A stretch of 63,031 nt of DNA, counting the filler, from Phoronis australis (Eukaryota > Animalia > Phoronida): the NCBI GenBank assembly GCA_002633005.1. It is 6 parts of 6 records of this genome, joined end to end, with 100 filler letters (N's around TTAATTAATTAA, not from the genome) between each part and the next. Parts side by side here need not be neighbours in the genome. Positions count along the whole stretch, not along the records: positions 33,795 to 61,785 come from NMRA01000500.1; 5 more parts are not named here. One strand, written 5' to 3'. The translations under genes and the position numbers were made by a program. The notes under the pieces are model-generated. The model worked only from the letters and a program-made list of their open reading frames with translations. It ran no database searches and was not told where the DNA came from. Positions 47,484 to 58,298 of this stretch are shown here, piece after piece; position 1 is the first letter of the stretch, and each line of letters opens with the position of its first letter.

Positions 47484-50334
47484 CATACCACTATGCAGAC
47501 TAGTTACCTCCTCCATGCCTAGAATGTAAAATTAGTGACACGAGCTTCTGTATTAAGAACTTATGTAAATCCTTCATATCATAATAGTGATTTTGAAAGA
47601 TGTGCAAAGTAATTTCTACTTTCAAAATGCAAAATCTTGCTTTAAATATGAAGTTTTAACCCTCGCTTTAAGGCCACTGACTGCCATGATAGGTAAGATG
47701 AGGTCACATACTGATTGGATTCTCAGTCTTTGATGTCTATTCCAGTTGGCTTTGTTGGTGTTATTAGTGCCGTGATTTTCCGCAGATAAGCCCACCCGAT
47801 GAAACACCAATGTGCGTTTATTCGGAAAATTATGCCGAATGAACGCCCATGGGTTTTTATTTATGGTGTTACAACTTCAAGTGTCAAATGTCCTGATACC
47901 GGGGCATTTATTTGGAAAATATTCCTCTTAAAAGACCACTAAGCGTCAACTTTTTGTCCCAAATTCAATTTTGTGGAGCATTTATCATTTATAAAAATGA
48001 ACAAGGTGTTGGTAAACTATGCATTTATTAACATAGAATTTAAACACAGAGTTTTAAGTAAAAATATGNNNNNNNNNNNNNNNNNNNNNNNNNNNNNNNN
48101 NNNNNNNNNNNNNNNNNNNNNNNNNNNNNNNNNNNNNNNNNNNNNNNNNNNNNNNNNNNNNNNNNNNNNNNNNNNNNNNNNNNNNNNNNNNNNNNNNNNN
48201 NNNNNNNNNNNNNNNNNNNNNNNNNNNNNNNNNNNNNNNNNNNNNNNNNNNNNNNNNNNNNNNNNNNNNNNNNNNNNNNNNNNNNNNNNNNNNNNNNNNN
48301 NNNNNNNNNNNNNNNNNNNNNNNNNNNNNNNNNNNNNNNNNNNNNNNNNNNNNNNNNNNNNNNNNNNNNNNNNNNNNNNNNNNNNNNNNNNNNNNNNNNN
48401 NNNNNNNNNNNNNNNNNNNNNNNNNNNNNNNNNNNNNNNNNNNNNNNNNNNNNNNNNNNNNNNNNNNNNNNNAAGGACTGCCCATACAATTGAAAACAAC
48501 TACCCCTTGTGTATGACTTCATCTTACATCTAGGTCAATGTGACACAGGAAATCCAGCAAGTGAACGAGACCCTTACTTAGAGAGAGGGTAGAAACAACT
48601 GATGTTGTCAATACAAAAATTGACTGGGCATCATCATGAGAATGCAATGAGAAACATTTTTCATTGCACTTTAAGCATGTCATGATATGTATGAACAACT
48701 GTTGGTGGGATGATGGTCCTGGGACAGTTGAAGTTTACTAATGCCAACACAACAGCCTATTCAATATTCAATGCTGTTGCTTAGGCTACAGGTAATCATT
48801 TATGACACCTCATTATGTGCCTGTTGACTGTTGACAGCCCAGCCAGATGGCTCTATATTGTGTTGGCATGGAATGGAGTACTTGAAACTTACGCTTCAGT
48901 TCACAAACTTAATTGGGTTTTGGCTTGCATTTTTAGCTGTACTAGGTCTGTTTTGTGCCAATTGAAGTGTTTGCAGTGTTCTCCAAAATCTTTCCTTAGA
49001 AAGGGCTAATCTCCCAAAGCTTCAAGTTCATTGTGTAGGTTTTTGAAACTCAATGCAAGTAAGCCAAATTTTCCATGGCAAAATTCAATTTCTATGCAGT
49101 GGCAAATCAAAACAGGTTGTGGAGAACACTGGTTTGATTTTATTTGTTTATTTACAGTATTTAGCTGTCTACTGTAGGGCCCAGGACAGCTCAGTGAAAA
49201 ATTACTTTAATTACTCACTCGGTAATTATCCAAGACTTACAAATTGTGGAACATAGTGTTGTTTTTGTTTTTTTAATATTTACTCGGAAGATCATAATTG
49301 TGGTGCATTTTAAATCTCACATATTCCAATCCTGTATTATTCAGAGGATGAAAAGTTGTTGATAGTGTTATACATGAGCTTTATTGCAAGGAATTGTTTG
49401 TTACTAATAGGAACATGTTCTCTGTGAAGCCCACAATTATATTGTGTTCATTACATAATTACATTCTTTAGTTTATTGCCAGTTGTAGTCGATTTGCAAG
49501 AGATTAAAATAGGTTATTGGAGAGTTGTTTTTGTTTACATAATATTTTGGGCTGTTGGTCATTTAGTTATTGACACCTAGTGATAGTGTTTGAAGACAAC
49601 CAATAAGAGATATATGAAAAAAATGTAGACATCAAAGAACACTGACAGGTAGCGTGAGGCAATTTGAAAAGTGTGGCAAAAACAATGGTGGGGGAGTTCT
49701 GTTTTTTTGCGGAGTTGTACACTAACATTGTCCTAAATTAGCAATTATCAAAACTGTTTCCTGTATAAAACAAATCCATGAAAACAATTGGTTGATTTCT
49801 CTGAACAATTGCATTTATAAGTTGGTGAACAATATGAACACACTGGCAATTTGTGCTTTTGACCATAAAAATCGGAATCAATTTGCCTCCTAGTTGTCTA
49901 GTGGGAGTCAGGGTTTCAATCCTATCACCGTCTCTATCGTGTCTTGATAACACGCCACGGGAGACCCCTGGATTTCTGTGATAACTCGCATCCGGTAGTA
50001 TGTATTTACTTTTATTTCACTGAAAGGGAGAGAAAGAAAGATCAAGACACATGGAAGCATGTAACAGACAGAAAATTTAAATCAAATAGAGAATATTAAT
50101 CAACTTCATGTGACGAGGGTGGCCCCAGTTAAAAAACATTGAACAGGCGTCTGGCTTCGTCTCATACAGCACTCCAAAAGCGGTACTTAAGCCCCGTACC
50201 TCGAAAAAGGGGAAAAAAGAGGAAAATTGATATGTACCTATTATAAGTTGAGCAAACTGATTCACTGGATGAGGAATGCAAGGGTCCCGTTTTTGGCAAT
50301 GGATAATGAAATCAACTTTACCACTTTTTAATTT

Positions 50335-50520
50335 TTATTTGAAATTTGATATCCTTTTTATAAACTTATCTGCCGCTTCATAAAGGACTCGTCTCTCGGA
50401 TGTGGACCGGTTAGTGGTATCCAAGGTGGCTGTTCCCTTTTTTTCTTCATATCCTTTCAAGAGGCTGCTGTCAGTGACCCGATCTATGAGTGGGTTCAAA
50501 GGCATATCGTAGCTCCTGTG
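50335..50520 (-). mobile_element. Possible 3' end of a LINE (CR1/L2-like) ORF2
   Basis: SLLKG...RVLYEAADKFIKRISNFK* loosely resembles LINE ORF2 C-termini; no RT core seen. Confidence 0.3.
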
Positions 50521-51168
50521 CGTGCGTCCGTTTGTTGCTTTTACTTTGATTAGCACTGCGTTTAGTTGAGAAGTTTTAGTCATCGTCATACACGTTGAAA
50601 CTGCTGTGTACGGCACGTGCGTTTGCAAAGGACTAGCGCTCCATATGGGCTCCGAGTCGGCGCTAATTTGACCGCAGCAGCAGTGTCTTATGACGGAGGT
50701 GGCTTGACTGGGTTTTGCGGAACCTTTTGCCCCCNTGGGGCACACTGAATCCACCAAATGCATGAGTGTTTTTTTGTTTTTTTTTTAAATAAAAGGGTTG
50801 TTTACTAGTGACGAATAATATTGAGTTTTGCCTCAAGAATTCAAAGAACGGTGCTTTGTTTGACTTAGGAATTTAAAGAATTTAATAAAAGGGGATTTAG
50901 TCGTACGGCACTCGTTGTCTGGATCTAACTGGCATTGAACACATTTATTTCCCGCCTTGTTTATTTTGAGTTGTGTAAGTTTGGGTGATTTTTTGTTACG
51001 TGGGTTTTGGCGGTATTTACTTTTTGTCAAAGTCTGTTGTGTACGCCGGACTTGGTCTGCACGCGTCTGCATAACGAAGACTCAGCTGAGAGGAAATCAC
51101 GAACATTTTATTATTCTCGGTAATACATCATAAATATTAATGTGTACATACATCTGGGTGTGCACTAA

Positions 51169-51260
51169 CCAATCAGCGAATTATACGTGTTACCCTGCAT
51201 GGTTCTACGTTAGTATATCCTGTATAAAATGAAGTGACGTGAAGACGGTCAAAACAGTCA
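51169..51260 (+). promoter_or_regulatory. Candidate Pol II promoter: CCAAT (51169), TATAAAA (51223), Inr-like CAGTC ~30 bp later
   Basis: Motif spacing only; link to the KH gene is broken by the N at 51914. Confidence 0.25.
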
Positions 51261-51914
51261 CGCTGTGAAAAAGGTTTTCACAGGCAAAAAATCCCTATTG
51301 AATGAATGGGATACCAATAATTACAGATAATGCTAAGTTGAATGCGATGGACAAGATACAAGAAAGACGACATTGCAGTAAGAACTGACAAACCGACTCC
51401 CGGCAACAAGCCGGTCCCGTTTGACATGACTGGATTTCAAAGGATAAGTATTTTAGTTTCACAACAGCACACCTCGTAAAAACAGTCTCAATTCGGGAAT
51501 TTCTGAAATAGGACCATCCAAAAGTACGCCCAGTAAGTTTTTTTTTCTGAAGTTTTTCCCAAAGTACTCCCATGGGCGCATATCGGGATTGTTTGCATGT
51601 TTTGAAAATCTGGTGGGTTGTTCTAATCTCATAGGTCAGTCCTATTTATGGAAAATTTTGTTTGTTTTACACGGCAAGACATTATGTTTTACTAAAAGTT
51701 CCCGATTTCATTTGGCGACCTGTAGTAGGCCTACTGATCGACAGAGCATGGTTTGGCCACTGGACAGTTTAACGCGGGCTGAATGCGAAATAAGCGTCAT
51801 AGGTCTTCCTGCAGGATTATGAGGCACACGTAGGCCTAACCCCTCGGTTGGCTGGATCATGGGGGCGGCGCACCATAGGGGTGGGGGGCGGCTATAGCCC
51901 CCCACCTTTTTCAN

Positions 51915-52690
51915 GTAATACAGATCATGATCTGAACTTGATGGTGTTTTCAAACCTGATTGGAGCAATCATTGGTAAAGGTAGGCAATGACCATCGCCT
52001 CTGTTGGCCCGAAGCTGCTTCGGGCCAACAGAGGCGATGGTCATTGCCTATGGTAAAGGTGGCTCCAGGGTGGAAAGTCTGCGACAGGCTACAGGTGCTA
52101 GTATCAAAGTGCATTCCGAGTGTTTACCTGGTTCTTCAGATCGAGTTGTAAACATACATGGATCACTTGAAATGGTTATGAGTTGTGTAGATAAAATTCT
52201 GCATATCTACAATGAAAATCAGCATGGTGTGGGGCTGAGTCGGAGCTATATTCCACCAACGCCCAAACGTCAGCGAATATCCAGCAATGGTAATGAGCCA
52301 ACAGTTGTTCGTCAATCGGGAAGCCTTCTCAATGATGCTAGCTTGGACAAACCGGGTATACTTGGAGCCTTTGGCCAAATGAACAGACCAAGCTTGCTTA
52401 ATGAAGACTTTGGAATGGGATTTGGGTTCGGATTGGATGATTATGCTGACTGTTTTGGTAATATTCAAAAATGTGAGGTTACCATATCCAATCAGTTTGT
52501 TGGCTTCATCATTGGAAGAGGTGGTGATCGCATTCGAGACATACGTATACAGTCAAAGGCGTCTATTGTGATAGACAACTCTGAGCCAGATAAAGAGGAG
52601 CGGACCATCGCAATAACAGGAACTAAACAACAAATTGATTTCGCGCAATGGCTGATGAGGAAGGCTGTGCATGTAGCTTCTCATCCGTAA
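51915..52690 (+). CDS. hnRNP K-like KH-domain protein (KH2 + linker + KH3), probable retrocopy; frame 51915-51980 joined to 52059-52690 across a 78-nt insertion
   Basis: NLMVFSNLIGAIIGK|GGSRVESLRQATGASIKVHSECLPGSSDRVVNIHG and EVTISNQFVGFIIGRGGDRIRDIRIQSKASIVID...ERTIAITGTKQQIDFAQWLM match recalled hnRNP K KH2 and KH3. Confidence 0.82.
51982..52050. mobile_element. 69-bp perfect hairpin element (34-bp arms, 1-nt loop) with 9-bp TSD tggtaaagg (51973-51981, 52051-52059)
   Basis: taggcaatgaccatcgcctctgttggcccgaagc-t-gcttcgggccaacagaggcgatggtcattgccta; 9-bp TSD is typical of Mutator-like elements. Confidence 0.93.
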
Positions 52691-52700
52691 CAAATTGAGG

Positions 52701-53089
52701 TTACACTGTGCAGTGGATTACACTGTGCAGTGGACCACACTGTGCAGTGGGCCACACGGCGCAGTGGGCCACACGGCGCAGTGGGCCACACGGCGCAGTG
52801 GGCCACACGGCGCAGTGGGCCACACGGCGCAGTGGGCCACACGGCGCAGTGGGCCACACGGCGCAGTGGACCACACGGCGCAGTGGACCACACGGCGCAG
52901 TGGACCACACGGCGCAGTGGACCACACGGCGCAGTGGACCACACGGCGCAGTGGACCACACGGCAGAGTGGACCACACGGCGCAGTGGACCACACGGCGC
53001 AGTGGACCACACGGCGCAGTGGACCACACGGCGCAGTGGATTACACTGCGCAGTGGATTACACTGCGCAGTAGATTACACTGTGCAGTG
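52701..53089. repeat. 17-bp GC-rich minisatellite (gcagtgg[ag]ccacacggc), ~23 copies, 10 bp after the KH stop codon
   Basis: Direct reading; explains the cluster of overlapping ORFs with 17-aa period. Confidence 0.95.
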
Positions 53090-53749
53090 TTGTAAATAGA
53101 GTTTGATATCAATTTATTTGGTTTTAAATTTGTGAATACCTGGTAGTCAGTCATGTGTAATTGTTATCTCAATCCACTATGTTTCTCAAAGTGAATTTAC
53201 AGGTTTGTCATTCTTAAAGCTGTTATTTTTCTCTTTACTCTTGAAGAAACATGGTTGCAGCGGAATTCCAGCGGTGTTTGAATAGTGTTGGGCTGTTAAC
53301 ATGTTCTTTGTATCAAGATTTGCTGGGCTGCGGTCCAGTGTGGAGAAATCAACCATCTTGAACACATTTTTAGTTGAACACAATTTGAAGTGGAATTTTG
53401 GGTATCACATCATATTTTGATTGGAATGTAAACATTTTTCCCTTGCAAGTTGCATAATATAGAATTTTAGCATGAAGGTTGTAGATTACGTGCTAAATGG
53501 TTTGGCAGCCCTGCAAAGTTTCATTTTTATGGTCAACTTCATTGGTAAAATGAGCAGTTGTTTGTCATCAGAATCGAGAGTATTCAGTGTTTCCAACCAA
53601 ATCGGATATTTTTTCAAATGCTTGAGGTTGAATTGACCAAAACAATTTTGAATTTGGACACCATTCTAACCTTTGAGCATGTAAAGTTTCAATCAAATCA
53701 TGGATTGAAGAATGAAATTGTTATGGACATCAGGCGGATGTTATCAGGC

Positions 53750-54845
53750 ATTTTGTGTACCCACTTATACATATGTGGGTGCAAGATACTGTCACCTTTG
53801 CTGGGCATGTGGCGTCCACTGATGTGCTCCTAAACATCTTGAGGACTTTAATGAGATTTGGCAGATGTGTTCCTATGAAACTGATGGCCGGTGAATTTTT
53901 TTATCAATTTTAGTTTCTTTTTTACATTTGCCTCTGTGTCTGGAGTTTCTTGATTGATTTTCATCAAATTTGGCAAATAGTTTTTGTTGAGATGGTGATG
54001 CTCTCCCTATTTCGGACAGATTCAGCGTATTCTGTGCCACCTAGTCGCCATTTTAATCATTTTCAAGTCTGTTTCGTGGCACCCTTTTGTTTGCCCAACT
54101 GCTCGAAGGATTAATATGAAAATTCATTACTGAAATTAGCAGATGTGTTCCTGTCGAGAAGACTATAATGGACAACATAGATATTCCAATTAGACTTATT
54201 ACTGTGGCACCCGCTATTGGCAATTTGCATCTGCAACCGTATCACCTTAACCCCTTACAAACTCTTTCAGCGAGTGTTTTTCTATGAATGTTAAAACAAA
54301 TGAAGACGAGTTTCAGCCTGATCCAACTATTGCTGTGCCCCCTAGTACCAATTTTAGTTTTTGTCATGTATACCTCTGCATCTTCAAGTTCCTTTGTTAA
54401 CAGATTCTTGTGAAATTTAGCAAATTGGTTAATGTTATGGAGATGATGATGTTAATCCATTTTAAGGGTGGATTTGACATGTTATGCGCCACTTTATGGT
54501 CATTTCATTATTTTCGAGTTTTTACATCCAAACTCTTCCAGAGAACTGAGAAGGCCATGACTGATGTTGATTTTCCCATGGCTCTGTCTACTGTGGTGCC
54601 CCTAGTGACAATTTATTTTTGTGACCCTGCTGTATCTCCTTAGCACCTTGCAGGATTTTTTTTTTGAAATTTGTGAAGTGTATTTCTGTGAATGTGAAAA
54701 CATAGGACGATGACTTTTAGGCAGATCTGGCTACTGCTGTGTCCTGAATCTTCAGAGTTTCTTCTCAGAATTTCAAGAAACTTAGCACATAAAAATGGCA
54801 ACACTTCTGACTTTTGTATTCTAAGCCACCTAGCAACCATTGTAA
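53750..54845 (+). mobile_element. Diverged HINE-like family 1 copy
   Basis: atgagatttggcagatgtgtt.ctatgaa and ccacctag/cccctag subunits shared with 45155-46020. Confidence 0.65.
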
Positions 54846-56358
54846 TTATTTCCGAATGGACTCTCAGTTTATTTGGTTCTAGCAAATGCTTATTGTATTA
54901 ATATCAGAAGTCTAAAACAAGAATATTTTACAGTCTGATGGAATAGTTTTGATGATTAAACATTTTAATGTGTTCTGTTCTCAGAAGGAATCGAATGAAT
55001 AAAGATTTGGAAGAAATCCTGATAAAATCCATTTGATGAATTATATTTCGTTTTCCAATTATGGCTTCTGTGAATATGATATGTTAGTAGTTAGTCATGT
55101 TACACTTGGTCAAAAATGTTAATATTCAGTATTCATATAAACTGGTCACATTTATTTGAAGTATGGGATACGTCATTAGGTTTTCCGTGCAAACTCACTT
55201 TCAATGAAAAACAACCTTGAAACGAATTTCTGGCATAAAATGATCCATTACCATCACCAGTCGCCTGCTAATGATTCGTACTCTGCAGCTGAGACAGCTA
55301 ATTGGTACATGTAGGTAGGCCTAATGTCTACCCCCAGAAAACATGATTTTAAAGCACTTTCCAGCATGTCAAGAGTAAACAAAATAAGCAAGTATTGGCC
55401 AAAAATTTTGAGAGTGTCATCGCGGTACTGGGATAGGCTAAAAGGTGGCAATCAGAATGCTTGGATTGTACTAACCGACTGATTATTGAAAGCTAAACCC
55501 TTTCGCCATCGTAGTTAAGCTTTGTTTCCGACGTCTCGCTCGGCCTGCCGGCCTACGCCTTTCTTGTTTTAATTACTAGAATCTCTCTCGCTGATCAGTG
55601 AGGCTGAATAGATTAATTTCCTTTTAGGGTTAGTGTAAAATTCGTTAAAAAAATTGCTCTTGGTGCTGCGTTTACATGCGGATCGTTTGACGGTTCGCCT
55701 GCCGACGAAAACGGACTCTGGAGTTGAACAAGCAGCACTGTAATTAATGCGCGCACCCAGCCTGAATAATGGGGGCTCGAATTTGTGAGAATGCGGAGCT
55801 TTTACTAAAAAAAAGGTAGACCTAAGTTCAGAGCTATGAATTGCATTTTTTTCAATCGACGTACAATGGCATTGTTGTAGTCTGCTCCCACTACTACATG
55901 CGTTACCAGTTTCACAGTGTTGTAGTCATCACCCACCACTACACGCGCTACCAGTTTCCCATTCCCATGTCATTGTTATTTTAATCGTGACGTCAAATGG
56001 CCATGTTCACTGTTCAGTTGCTCTATGATGCAAGGGGGTATACAGCTGTTTGCAATTGATTTTTAAAATTATTTTGTTAGCCGCTGTTGAACCATTCTTG
56101 AGTCGTTTGGAAACCAGTAGAATATTGTGCCATTTTCGCGTCCAGGCCCGTAATCAGTATTCCGCGGGGGATGGTTAGAAGGATGGACCTTTTGCAAACG
56201 TCGACACTTTAGTTTTTGGTAAGGCGCTTGACGCAGGTTAATTATGGGGAAGGGAAATCTGTATCCACGGCAAGGATGGCTCTCAGCTCTATGTTCTTGA
56301 GATAAGACGGGATTTGAAATACCAGAAATGAGGATGTCGTGACGGTTGCTCGCACTGC

Positions 56359-56413
56359 ACGTCCGATTTTGAGTCCTGTTGATTGGCAATCAACAGGACT
56401 CAAAATCGGACGT
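56359..56413. repeat. 55-bp perfect palindrome (27-bp arms, 1-nt loop)
   Basis: acgtccgattttgagtcctgttgattg-g-caatcaacaggactcaaaatcggacgt. Confidence 0.95.
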
Positions 56414-56509
56414 AATATGATCCATAAATATCATAGCGTAACGTTCTCGCCTTACCTCCTTCCAAACTTTCAAATCGGGCTTTTTTAAATGAGTGATTAC
56501 ACCTCATTA

Positions 56510-56757
56510 CATACTTTTATATAAAAAATAATTGCAGGCGGTCTGCTACACGTTGTACCAGAAGTGCGCAGGCCTCGCATGTGGGCCCATTGCACTGATC
56601 ACCTGGAAATATATTTATGCTTTATTAATATAAGGATAAAACCGAGCTGAGGAGCTGGAAACCTGGCTCAAGGGCTTAGCAATGTGACCAAGTGAGACTC
56701 GAACGCACGACCTCGAGTAAAGAAAGCGGGCACTTATCAACCAGGCCACACTGCCTC
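56510..56757 (-). mobile_element. tRNA-derived SINE, degenerate
   Basis: Minus strand gaggcagtgTGGCCTGGTTG (A box-like)...GTTCGAGTC (B box) followed by cccttgagc core-like segment; 3' boundary approximate. Confidence 0.6.
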
Positions 56758-56867
56758 CTCTCATTACATACTTGGACGGACATATTTAGTCAGAGAATGA
56801 CTTGACATAATTTTTCATCTGATTGTATTTTTGTTAAAAGTTGCTTACGTCGTTGGAAATGGGAACA

Positions 56868-56950
56868 GCCCACTATTCCGAAGGTTCCCTATTCCGAAGG
56901 TTCACTACCTTGAAGGTTCACCTCTCCGAAGGTTCACTAACTCCGAAAAT
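56868..56950. repeat. ~17-bp tccgaaggttcact subterminal-type repeats
   Basis: 4-5 copies; resembles a MITE end but partner end not found. Confidence 0.55.
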
Positions 56951-57712
56951 GTCTAAAATTTCTGACTCGGATGTAAATGTTGTACTTTTATATGCAAAAA
57001 TAAGCGACACTTCGGTTATTAGATGCAACTATACCAACAATAATACTCCCGGCTAATAAATCACTTTGTTTGGATGTCAAGTGCATGTGAAGTTGTCCGC
57101 ATGTCTTACGAATACGGAAAAATGAGTAGGTGCTTGCATTTCTAAAAGGATATGAAGTAGGAATGATGATGAATCATTAACCACGATTCATCAATCCCGT
57201 GTCAAGATCACATCAGCTCAGAGCGCGACAGAAAGGGGCTTAAACCTCACCCACCGGAACTACAGGCACGGCCGGGTCGAAACTAATGATGTAGTTAGTA
57301 AGCTACCCTGTCCCTGTCAGTCTTCACGAAGTCTCATTTATCGTAATCTATTTTGCCCGGAGTAAAACAAGAGGAGGATTGCGAATATTGTCATTTATTA
57401 TGACGTGAATAGATAAAACTAACTAAGACTCTGCATTAAGATGGGCATGGACAAAACGCCACCGGCGTGTACAATGAATAGCCCTGAAAGAGGGAACAAA
57501 ACAAAAGAACTGCCTGAATGGCTTAAAGGAAAAGTACAGAACATGACAAAACTTGAAAAAACCTAACACTGAGGAAATGTATATGAGAAAAGACTCGGGA
57601 TGGGGGATGGGGAAAAATGCAGAGAACGAACGTAGGTCTTGTAGACGACGAGGTAGGTGGCTGAATGAGAAAGACCACGTTGAACTGAACAAATGAAATA
57701 TGGGCGACCAAT

Positions 57713-58120
57713 CAGGGCCCAGTCTCCAATCTTTTTACTCGAAACGGAACTCAAAATTAGATTTGGCATTTTCTCAGTACTCTACTTTTGGGCGAACTCA
57801 AGATAAGTGTCTATTATTCTATGCTCGAGTACACAATAACTTACGTAGAAAATTTATTTCCCTTAGTTCACAGTTTGTAAACCCAATATCAAAGCAATAA
57901 GTTCGAGTTTGAACTCGAAATTTCGAGTTTTTACTCAAGTTTGTAGCACAAATATAAGGGTCTTCAAGGGCAAACTTGAACTAGAAACTCCTATACATAA
58001 ACTATAATGTATTCGAGCACAGTCTGATAACCAGTTATCTTAAGTTAGCACAAAAGGAGCAGAGAAATTGCCAAAAATAGTTTCGAGTTCGTTTCGATTA
58101 CAAAGATTAGAGACCGGTGT
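57713..58120. mobile_element. TIR element rich in ctcga motifs; relatives at ~18063-18450 and ~61900-62205
   Basis: cagggcccagtctccaatct left end, agattagagaccgg right end; gagattggagaccgggccc at ~62186-62204. Confidence 0.6.
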
Positions 58121-58298
58121 CGTGTCCCATGACGAAAGTTCGCCTGGTCTCAGAATTTTCAGGCCCTTATCATAAACAATATCTAACTACAATAAACACC
58201 AGGCTAATTGCTGACAGACACATCAGACCCATACTGAAAACCACAACTGACTGGATGGGACTACTTTCCAAGTGTTGCATTGAATAAACAATTTGAGG

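Noticed and set aside
52004-52058. N-terminus MARSCFGPTEAMVIAY of the 228-aa ORF
   Set aside because: Derived from the hairpin insert; the homologous KH frame starts upstream of it
52681-53099. Six overlapping Cys/His/Trp-rich ORFs
   Set aside because: Artefact of the 17-bp stop-poor tandem repeat
56685-56757. tRNA gene
   Set aside because: A/B box-like motifs present but no convincing cloverleaf; continues into SINE-like body
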